DNA of 40,122 nucleotides from Phoronis australis (Eukaryota; Animalia; Phoronida), in assembly GCA_002633005.1 (NCBI GenBank), contig NMRA01001206.1:1-40122 (forward strand), read 5' to 3'. The first letter of the stretch is position 1, and the number at the start of each line of letters is the position of its first letter. The position numbers and the translations under genes were made by a program. A model generated the notes under the pieces. It saw only the letters and a list, made by a program, of their open reading frames with translations. It ran no database searches and was not told the DNA's origin. This document shows, piece after piece, positions 12,001 through 20,424 of the stretch.

Positions 12001-15000
12001 TTCCTTGTCCCAAATTCTAGAGACTGCCAAATAGGAGACTGTTTACCTCATTTGTGATTTGTCTTGTTGCAATATGTTGTGCCTGCTAACACCTTAACTC
12101 TTTCGCTGCCACATTATCGTCAGAGTGCCACGATGACCTGAGTACCTTATCTTATTACTCTACTGCTCGTAGAGTTAAACGCTCTTAATGACATTACTTG
12201 AACACTCTAAATGACATTACTTGAACACTCTAAATGACATTACTTGAACACTCTAAATGACATTACTTGAACACTCTAAATGGCATTACTTGAACAAGCT
12301 AAACAACATTACTTGAATGAACACTCCAAATGACATTACTTGAACACTCTGAACGACATTACTTGAACAATCCAAACGACATTTTCATGAATGAACACTC
12401 CAAATGACATTAGTGGAACACTAACGAAAATGCTTGGACTCTACCAACACCAATACTTGAACATCACAAGAGCAAAGCAAAACGGGTTTTGTCAAGTTTT
12501 GTAGAAATTTAATTCTGATTTAGTCTCGAATTTAGGTTTTCCTAAACGGTGTAGCATTTAAGGTTTCTGGCTCTTGGTTTTTTGATTTTCATTTTTCACT
12601 TGCAAATTTGGCTTTTTGATACTCTAATTACCTTTGCACACCTTTAATTACTTGACAAGGAAAGCATCGTACAACTTGTTCTTAAAGTTTCCTTTTTAAC
12701 GTTTTCTAAAATTTTGTTGGCCCAAGTTCTGAGTCGGCGAAAGAGTTAATGGTTATGTCTTCCTGCTCACCCAGCGCCCTCTGTTGCAGGACAATGATCC
12801 ATTTGTTGTCAAAATACAAACTCAACGACAGTATGAATTTGAAGCTACTTTCTTACACGGTGACAATCAGTCAGTAAGTGCCTTTGTGGTGATTGAATTC
12901 ATTAGATATTGTGCTGTTACATGTAGGTTATGCATGAAATGTTGTAGCAAACAATTGTTTCAAATCATTTGTGTTTCGTAGAGCTAGTTTCTTATGAGAT
13001 GAGTTGAACAGGTTTCGACAAAATATATGAAGTGACACCTGAAGGGATTTTATGGAGAATATGCCAGAACACAAACAGTGGCTCGTTTATTTTAAAAACT
13101 ACTGTACTTTTGTGTAACTAGTTCCCAAATGGCTGTGTTACAATAAAACCATTGAGACATGATGATGTACCTCTACTAACACTATTGTACATATTTCAGG
13201 CTCCTGCCAACCAACCAGCAGCTGTGCCTGCCACACACCAGATGTCGCCGCCAATTAACTCTGGTCAGCTGTCTTTCAATGCCTCCAGCCAGCCTGCCTT
13301 CAATGCCTTCAACTCTCCCCAGGCGGTGCCCCCCAATCAGCCTGCCTTCAATGCCTTCAACTCTCCCCAGGCGGCGCCCCCCAGCCAGCCTGCCTTCAAT
13401 GCCTTCAACACTCCTCAGGCCACTCCTGCGAGTCAGCCAGCCATGAATGCTGGCCCGACTATGGTGCCCTTCCATCAGGACCCTTTCTTCAACAGACCGA
13501 CACCAACTGCTGCACCAGATGACAAGTACTCGGTGTTCAACAGTGTGCAACCTGCAGCGCCGCCTGTTGCCAGCCCTCCTGTGGACCTTTTTGCCACCAT
13601 GCCAGCCACCAATGTTCTGCAGCCGGTGCAGCTGCAGAAAGATAGTGAACAGCAGGCCCAGCCAAAGTCGAACGATTTCTTTGGAGACTTGTGCGATATT
13701 GGTTCTAACCGTCCAGCAAAAAGTGACCCATTTGCCAAGAGAGACCCATTTGCTGAGGCGAGAGCATCATCTGCCCCCAAGAAGTCCCTCAACGAGATGA
13801 AGAACGCTAATGGGGCTGTTGGGCCTAATGCCACGGTGGCTACCCCAGAGTCCGACCCATTTAGTCTTCCCCCCACCATCCCCACACACCAACCTTCCAT
13901 CGCCTCTAATCCCAACCCATTCTCGTCTGCAGCACCAGCCAACAATAGTGCTCCTGACCCATTTGCCCACTTTGCCGGCCAATCAGCCGCTGCCGGACCA
14001 CCAGCAAATGACCCATTTGCCAGTTTCTTGGCACCTCAGTCTACAGGCTCTGATGAGTTATTCAACCTTCCTCAGCCCAGTGGCCCCCCTCCTCCCGTCC
14101 CTGCCAACAATCAGTTGGACATGTTCAACACCGCCCCAGCCATGCCACCTAGACCCTCCCCTGGACAGGGTCTACTACAAGGTCCACCCACTGCCAAGCC
14201 AAGACAGGCCAGCGGTGAAGCACCTGTTCCCCGCCCAAGAACTAGTGTGCGACAGAATGGCGCAGCTCCAACTGGCGATCCATTTGGTGTGTTTGAAGCA
14301 CCTGCGCAGGTACCAGAAATTTCTCTTCTCAAACTTCTCATTCACTATAATAAGTACAGTACAGATCACACAGTTCTACCATCCGTCTCCATGACAATAC
14401 TAAATTTATTGTTAAGTCAAGGTCAACACGACATAAAACAAGTGGAGGTTATGATTCACTCATTACAAACAACGATGGTCAAGACCTTGCCAGCGTTCTA
14501 TAAATTCATCGTATTCTCATCATTTTGTTTCCCTGGAAATGTGCTATGCAACCTCCTTTTTAAACAGTTCAAGGCAGGGATTTTTGCACTTTAACCTTTG
14601 TTTATAAATATGGTGCTTGCTGAGGCAAAGAAGTAGTACTTTGTATAACCACTTCCACCTGAACACCAAAGAGAACTGATTGTGAGGACAGTTGGCCAAT
14701 GTTACCGTACGTTTTAGCTAGTTGTGTTGTGAGCAGTTTTCCAATTGTGAAGGAGATAATCGTGTGTCGACGGGGCAAGCAAAAGATAATAAAATGATAA
14801 TTTTATAGTTTGTGTTTATAATTACTCTTGCTACTTTGGTAATTAAGTACCTTGTAATATCCTGTTTCACCCATTGTCGCAAAATAGTCTTGTCTGTGGT
14901 TATACAGCTATCACAGCAAATGGCTTATAGCAGCTCCCCCTGTTGGGCTGTGCTCCTTGACAACCGCTCTATATGGCCATTATCACCAGGCCACTGTCTA

Positions 15001-15603
15001 ATCACTTTTGGAATAAATGATTCATTACGGTCATCCTCCTGATTTCGCCCAGTTATGATTGCCAAAATGTTAATTTTCCCATTTTCCAAATGCTGCTTAC
15101 TATTGCTGGAAATAGAGCAAACCTAACCGAGTTGTTTTTTTAGTGACATGGACGGAATGCAAAGAATTCTAGCAATAGATGAAATGAAGAATTACCACAG
15201 CTCGAGTGTTGATTGTTTGGGGGTATTGCCGAGATGATATCCCGTAAATTGTGTTTTGGGTATTGGCGAGATGATATCCCATATATTGTGTTTTGGTGAG
15301 ATGATATCCCGTATATTGTGTTTTGGGTATTGGCGAGATGATATACTGTGTATTGTGTTTTGGGTATTGCCGAGATGTTATCCCGTATATTGCGTTTTGG
15401 GTATTGCCGAGATGATATCCCGTATATTGTGTTTTGGGTATTGCCGAGATGAAAACCCGTATATTGTGGTTTGGGTATTGCCAAGATGCTATTCTGAGTA
15501 TTGTGTTTTGTTATGACAATCCACTGTCTTACAATTGTCCTTGTCATTTCAGAGTTCCTCCAACCCCTTTGGTGTGGCTCAGACTGAGGTGAATACAGCC
15601 TAG
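1..15603 (+). CDS. Dab: Disabled (Dab1/Dab2 family) PTB-domain endocytic/signalling adaptor; 5'-partial multi-exon CDS join(1..30,3139..3353,5091..5225,5968..6090,7394..7456,8356..8445,11268..11372,12790..12873,13200..14309,15553..15603), about 667 aa visible
   Basis: PTB sequence FAGQGVSFRGKLIGICDVPEARGDIMCQ...HKQKIVINVSL...[24 protein letters not shown]...HKFFAIKTEKAAEQLVLTLRDLFQ matches the Dab family. All exons have GT-AG boundaries with consistent phases. The tail is rich in DPF/NPF motifs. Confidence 0.93.
2014..2192. mobile_element. MITE-like element
   Basis: Perfect 12-bp inverted termini AATTGACCTATC...GATAGGTCAATT. Confidence 0.5.
2378..2520. repeat. 46-bp minisatellite, about 3 copies
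   Basis: Unit TGCCTAGTTGTTCCAGGTGTTGACAGTGGTCTGTGACACTAACTTG. Confidence 0.9.
2666..2695. repeat. (ATT)n microsatellite
   Basis: About 10 perfect units. Confidence 0.95.
3139..3353 (+). CDS. Dab: Dab PTB exon DKGGVNKFAGQGVSF...IVDVNSM
   Basis: ttacag acceptor, ATG|gtatgt donor, Dab PTB motifs. Confidence 0.95.
3414..3770. mobile_element. MITE-like element with CTCF-like inverted termini
   Basis: AGGTGGTGCTAGTGA ... TCACTAGCGCCACCT (15 bp, 1 mismatch). Confidence 0.4.
3951..4330. repeat. 44-bp minisatellite, about 8.5 copies
   Basis: Unit TATCCAACATGGCTCCGTGGCAGTGTTGTCATCACTAGGTTCTG. Confidence 0.95.
5091..5225 (+). CDS. Dab: Dab PTB exon [17 protein letters not shown]...FAIKTEKA
   Basis: tcacag acceptor, gtaaga donor, 45 codons, conserved PTB core. 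Confidence 0.95.
5968..6090 (+). CDS. Dab: Dab exon AEQLVLTLRDLFQCVFEMKKQE...EDATYD
   Basis: ccttcag acceptor, gtacgc donor, PTB C-terminal helix LRDLFQ; not in the ORF track. Confidence 0.92.
6462..6503. repeat. 11-bp tandem repeat, about 4 copies
   Basis: Unit CAGTCTGCTGC. Confidence 0.85.
7394..7456 (+). CDS. Dab: Dab 63-nt exon VPSSNAPVATETGEDGEALYA
   Basis: ttgttag acceptor, gtgagt donor, phase 0-0; completes YD|VP and begins YA|VP. Confidence 0.8.
8356..8445 (+). CDS. Dab: Dab exon VPSNNTPVETNSGGIGNLLDLQSELNTIQQ
   Basis: ttgtag acceptor, CAG|gtgggc donor; clathrin-box-like LLDLQ. Confidence 0.85.
9884..10116. mobile_element. Degenerate MITE (PIF/Harbinger-like termini)
   Basis: CAGGGACTCTTTCCAAGAAACTGA ... 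TCAGTTTTCTGGGAATGGGCCCCTG imperfect TIR; internal CTTAAG repeats. Confidence 0.45.
10196..10270. repeat. 25-bp tandem repeat, about 3 copies
   Basis: GTTCACACGATTCACCTGCCAACAC variants. Confidence 0.75.
11268..11372 (+). CDS. Dab: Dab exon GIQQMDAFGDSFF...DPWGTTAQSPTTA
   Basis: ctttcag acceptor, gtaagt donor; FxDxF and DPW AP-2 motifs. Confidence 0.87.
12094..12749. mobile_element. piggyBac-like non-autonomous element carrying a 23-bp minisatellite
   Basis: TTAA-CTCTTTCGC ... GCGAAAGAG-TTAA: TTAA target duplication plus TIR. Confidence 0.55.
12187..12425. repeat. 23-bp minisatellite, about 10 copies, degenerating 3'
   Basis: Unit AATGACATTACTTGAACACTCTA. Confidence 0.9.
12790..12873 (+). 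CDS. Dab: Probable Dab cassette exon DNDPFVVKIQTQRQYEFEATFLHGDNQS
   Basis: ttgcag acceptor (in-frame tandem acceptor at 12774), gtaagt donor, phase 0-0, DPF motif. Confidence 0.6.
13200..14309 (+). CDS. Dab: Dab large Pro/Ala-rich exon (370 aa) with 7 DPF, 1 NPF and 3 PxxxPR motifs
   Basis: atttcag acceptor, CAG|gtacca donor; GC-rich coding composition ends at 14309. Confidence 0.9.
13285..13450 (+). repeat. Coding 48-nt (16-aa) tandem repeat in Dab, 3+ copies
   Basis: QPAFNAFNSPQAxPP units start at 13290, 13338 and 13386. Confidence 0.9.
15219..15511. repeat. 37-bp minisatellite, about 8 copies
   Basis: Unit TGTGTTTTGGGTATTGCCGAGATGATATCCCGTATAT. Confidence 0.92.
15553..15603 (+). CDS. 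Dab: Dab exon SSSNPFGVAQTEVNTA-stop
   Basis: atttcag acceptor; NPF motif; internal donor at 15589 and post-stop donor at 15627. Confidence 0.75.
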   Translation, partial: SSSNPFGVAQTEVNTA

Positions 15604-17262
15604 CACCTGCCTATATTTTGCCTGCTGTGAGTCTTGCTTTGTTGCCACTGGGGGCAGCTCCTGGCGGCACTGTCTAATCTGCTTTCATTTCTGCTGGGGG
15701 CAACTGCATGCTAATAGCATTTCTGTATGGACTTTAGGGGCTTGGTATACTAAAAATTTAGTTTTTAAAAGAAATTGAAAGCAACGTATTCTGATACTGT
15801 CAAAAACTGTCATTTTAACAGTTTTTCATTTTAGTTTCTGATTCCACTGATGAATGTGGGGATGACTTTTTTGTTACCAATAACGTCACTGTCTTGGTTC
15901 ATTTTGCTTGATACTGTCTTGGTTCATTTTGCTTGATGAAAGAGAATGGTTGCACTTCAACACAATCTCATAGCAAGTGGTTATTGTTGGTTTCAAAATA
16001 CTACAGTGTACTATCAATTGCTAAGTGATATTCCTGAATTTCTGCCTTGGCTGGCATTATATCACCCCCAGTACGATAACTTGCACAGTTTCTTGCATTC
16101 CACGTTTCAACTGAAGTGCGATGTTTTCTTTTGCTTTTAATGAAGCATTTTCACTGCACTCCTGGTACCCATTTTGTCATTTGTTTTGTTGTAGCTGAGA
16201 TAGTCATAAGCATGTTGTTGCAAACACGACTCGGCTTTTTTGTAGAAGCGAAAAGGTTGCAATCTACTTTAATATAGTTAATCATATTCATGTTAAATAT
16301 TATGTAGGACCCTATAAAAATGTCTAAATTTGGCTGACTTCAGAACATCATGTCTCATAAACGACTGATCGGATTCATACGGAACTTTCAAGCACTATTC
16401 TTTACGTACTGTTCTCAAAATCCTGTTGAGGAATTGTTTTGATAGTGTTCCACTTTTGTATGAGAGGCTATCAAACATAGGACTTAAAGGGTTTTCTTGA
16501 AAAATTTTTAAGTTGCATAAAAGGGAAACTAAATCATATTTTTGAAAATTGTAACAGCGTTTTTGATATTTCACCGTGATCATTTCTATCTATCTGGTCG
16601 TTACTGATTATTTTCCTATCAATGTAGTTACCTTTCTTTTTTCTAAGTTTTACTAAAAAGACATGGTCACATGACCCAATAGAAGATCAGTAAAATGTCA
16701 AAAATCAAATTATCCGTACTTTGTACTTAAAGAAAATGTACACTTTTACCTATTTAAAGTCTATAATTGTCAGCTAGATCCTATTGAACCTTAATGGATG
16801 CTGCCAGGAGCCACAGTAGTTATCTGTACGTTAAAAATTGATCGTTTCTTATTTTCGCAACCAGAAAGGTTTTACTACCATGACAGGTTAGGCTACTCTC
16901 TAGCCATAACTGTCGAGGCACTAACACTTTTCTGGATGGGAAAATGAGAAATAATCAATTCGTACTCTGTCAACTTCATGACATTATTTAGTGACATTTG
17001 TCTGTATGCTTTCCACTTGCAACCATCTTGACGGAGACCAGACTGGGAGTTCTGATACAACGGAAACTCACCGTTGTATTACGTGTTGAATCGCATTTTA
17101 ATGAATCGTTCTATGCTGTTTTTCCAACACTTCTATTTACCTCGTAACCAAAACACTTTTCTTTGAAGCTGTCTTGCAATTAATAAATATTATTTTAACG
17201 AGAGTGTAATTTTTACAGGATCAGTTACATGTCTTGACACTAAGCATGGCCATCTATTTCAG

Positions 17263-17307
17263 GAAGAACCTTTATATGCCGTCGTAAATAAGACCAAGAA
17301 GAGTTGA
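17263..17307 (+). CDS. Dab: Candidate alternative Dab terminal exon EEPLYAVVNKTKKS-stop
   Basis: Branch-like cactaag and ctatttcag acceptor; in frame with the GAG|gtgaat donor at 15589; encodes a tyrosine SH2-type motif. Confidence 0.6.
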   Translation, partial: EEPLYAVVNKTKKS

Positions 17308-19434
17308 GGTTTGTGTGAAGCAAACGTTATCTTATGGACAGGACGTTCAGTGTTGATGCTCAGTTGAGTGCATAATGTTGTAAAGAGGAGCTCACTGATC
17401 AATGCACCTACTATGGTTAATATTGCTGTGACGTTTTCATAGTGCATTCTACGACAAGGACTTATTGGTCATCATGGGAAATGTTTCTATTTTCTGTGCG
17501 TGACCATCATTATGTTTGTGTCACACAACTTTAGCACAGGCACGTTATTTGCTAATCACGAAACGAAAGTGAAGTTGCCTAGCTCCTACCCTTAGCTGTA
17601 TTTGGTGTTGGGCAGTGGAACTAGTCTAATCCTATTGGGCCAACAGATCACATACTAATCTGAGCAAGTTATAAATTGAAACTTGATTTTTAGCAGTAAG
17701 TAATCTCTTATAGGTTAGTGTTTTTGATATTCGAAATGGCAAAATGTGGCCGGATTGTGGCTAGTATACACTGCGCAAGTTACACGACGTTCGTATTCCA
17801 GGTGTTAGTCAATAGTTTCATTATTAGCATCTTTCAACATTTCCTTTTTTACTGACCAATGATTTTGGTGTTAATCAGAAACTGCTCTCTTTGGTAGTGC
17901 CATTCCTGGAAGATTGGCATTGTGAAGAGAGGATTGGTGTTCTGACATGCATACGGTGATTTTTCTAGCAGTTCGTACACTCTGAATAATCCGTACACTG
18001 TCTGTGGGCATTAATTTGGACGATTGTCAAAACCATATGATCGGGGAGTGAGACTTAAAAGTACATGGTTTTAGTTGTCTTGTAATCTGGTCGGCTCAAG
18101 AACACAAACTTAAGTAGTGTATTTACTATCTTGCAGCAGCCGCAAGACATTTCTCGACTTTACACAAATGGGAATGCCCAAAGTTTACTTTCCAGCCCAT
18201 TAGAATTTTGGTGTTTTTTTTTCTTTCTTTTGAACAAGAAATGAAATTCTTCATCTTTACGCTATGCCTCTGCCCAGAGTATTGCCAAGAACTAGATTCC
18301 CTCTTGTATTTTTTGCAACAAGTCACTTGAAAGTGATCAATTGTTTCATGAATTTTGTTGTCTGGTTACATTAGTTTCAAGCTCAATAAGCAGGGCAGTG
18401 CATTTATTTGTAATTATTGTTAGATTTGTGATTCGTGAAAAATGTTAATATTAGTCGTGATGTTGCTATCAACGCAGAACTTTGGAACTGTTCTTCACAC
18501 CTATGAAAGTTTTGAATGATAAATTTGTAAGTATTGATGGAGTGTATCTTAGGAGGGATTTGATACAAATTTTACCCCCTTGAAGCAAGTTTTAGCGGAA
18601 AATGCCATATTAGCAGTTTCCATATCTTATTAGACTTACCAAAGTGTTACAGACTGTAGTTAATTGCTGTAGTTGTATTCAGACATACTATTAGTAGCGA
18701 CGCCTGTTGAGGGGCCAGTGTTTTTAGTGTACAGGATTCTGAATATATTCATAAATCATGATTATTATATATTAGTCTGTGCAATCCTGTGTGTTATAAA
18801 ATTTTACAGTTGCCAAATTTTATATTCTGTTGAGATGTTAATATATTGTTGATTCAAACCAACCAGTTCTTGTTTTGGCAGTTGGCCACAAAAAGCCCAG
18901 GTTGATCTGCAATCTTGATTCACGACAACCGACTCTAGGCACAATGTCATCATGCGCTCTAACTATTTCTCTGACAACATACCCACAACTTCCACTTACC
19001 AAGCTAACTTACAGACTGCTGCTTATGAACCTTTGGGAACCTCGTAGATATGGAGGCAGACGAATAAAACAATTACCACTAGCATCTGGACCAGTGCACG
19101 GTTGCACAACACAGTCCCTAATAGGGACTCTACCAAGTTGCATATTTGCGGGCTTGTGAAAACACCGATTGTCCTATTTTATGCTGTTTGAGTGTCATTA
19201 CTATGCCAATTTTTTACTTCGTGAGTGAACTCCAGATTGAAATCTCAATGTTAGTCAAAGAACTCGTAATAAAGACAAAATTGTAGAAAAAGTACTACAT
19301 CTGTGCCTAAAGAACGAAACAAATAAGAAAAAGATTAAGGGAACTTAGTCAAGTTCCTATATGGGACTGTTTCATGCAAAAGGATACGAGGCTCTAATCT
19401 TTGTACTCTAATTGAACTCTACTGACAATGCCTG

Positions 19435-19690
19435 TACTCCTTTTGTGCGAACTCGAGATAAGTGGTTATCACAGTGTTCCAATACATTATGCATATGGGT
19501 TTCTAGTCCAAGTTTGTAGTTTAAGGCCCCTATATTCGTGCTACAAACTCTAGTAAAAGCTTGAACTTTAAGCCTTAATGTTGGGTTTACCAACTGCAAA
19601 CTAGGACTAATAAATTATCCAGGTAAGTCATTATGTACTTGCGTATTGAATAATAAACCCTTATCTCGAGTTCGCACAAAAGTAGAGTAG
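19435..19690. mobile_element. Foldback/MITE between the convergent Dab and calreticulin 3' ends
   Basis: Perfect 23-bp inverted repeat CTTTTGTGCGAACTCGAGATAAG (19440-19462 / 19660-19682) plus inner imperfect arms. Confidence 0.7.
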
Positions 19691-19753
19691 AAAATGCCAT
19701 TTGCCAATTTTGTTGTATTACATATTGTTTGTACAGATGGCCGTAATTGGTGT

Positions 19754-19923
19754 TTTATTTAAAATCTTCTAGAAATCCCAAAATAGTGTTAGATCCGTGT
19801 AGAGGTAAACTGTATTTCACAATTAATAACATATGTACAAAACAAGGTCTTCTCTGCATTTCAGTGACTGACCCGCTGTTCAGTGCTATTAAGAAATGAA
19901 GATTTAAATAATGGTCATTTATT
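19754..19923 (-). terminator. Candidate calreticulin polyadenylation signals (AATAAA at 19923-19918 and 19759-19754)
   Basis: TTTATT on +, 430-600 nt past the stop codon. Confidence 0.45.
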
Positions 19924-20352
19924 CACATGTCGATGAAGTAAGAATTTAGTCTCTAGCCCAATTACTTAAATAAAAAATGCCCTCAACACAATAACAAATA
20001 ACTTTATGCTGAACCTGACCAAGAGCCAAACTACAACGTCTATTACGACTAAACATGATAAAACTAGTTGCCTACACGACGTATTGTGCTTCTTTCAAAG
20101 AACCAAGTAAATTAAGACACATATACAAGAGACAGTTCGGAAATGGAGATGTGGTAAATCAATAGTACTCCGTACAAATACACTATCAGCAGTCTTCACA
20201 AAACTCATGTTTTGCGTACTATTAACCCTCCATTTCTAAACGCACCGGCTTTCAAGCACAACACTTAAGAAGATGAGCGGACATGAGGTTGCAGTCTTGG
20301 AATGAACCAACTATTACAGGGGTGTATGTGTGGGTGTGAGTGATGACTTGTT

Positions 20353-20424
20353 CTATAACTCATCATGATCTCCATGGTCATGATCACCCCCCTCTTCAGA
20401 TGGACTCTCCTCACCCTCAGTTGG
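20353..20424 (-). CDS. CALR: Calreticulin last exon PTEGEESPSEEGGDHDHGDHDEL-stop
   Basis: ttgcag acceptor, HDEL ER-retention signal, TAG. Confidence 0.93.
   Translation of the reverse strand, partial: PTEGEESPSEEGGDHDHGDHDEL

Noticed and set aside
13182-14394. Overlapping antisense and alternative-frame ORFs (122, 156 and 194 aa)
   Set aside because: Expected shadows of a GC-rich, Pro/Ala-rich exon; no recognisable protein features
13152-14594. 480-aa ORF as a standalone gene
   Set aside because: Non-ATG start in intron sequence; the coding part is Dab exon 13200-14309, bounded by splice sites
15140-15547. 135-aa repetitive ORF (also the 4124-4366 and 34160-34342 ORFs and the poly-Tyr ORF at 2644-2835)
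   Set aside because: Translations of mini- or microsatellites
15835-15911. Extra Dab exon (SDSTDECGDDFF...) after ttttag
   Set aside because: Needs a phase-1 donor that the upstream exon lacks
16250-16794. Kolobok-like element ending GATCCTATTGAACCTTAA
   Set aside because: Only one convincing terminus; the matching TIR is too degenerate to support boundaries
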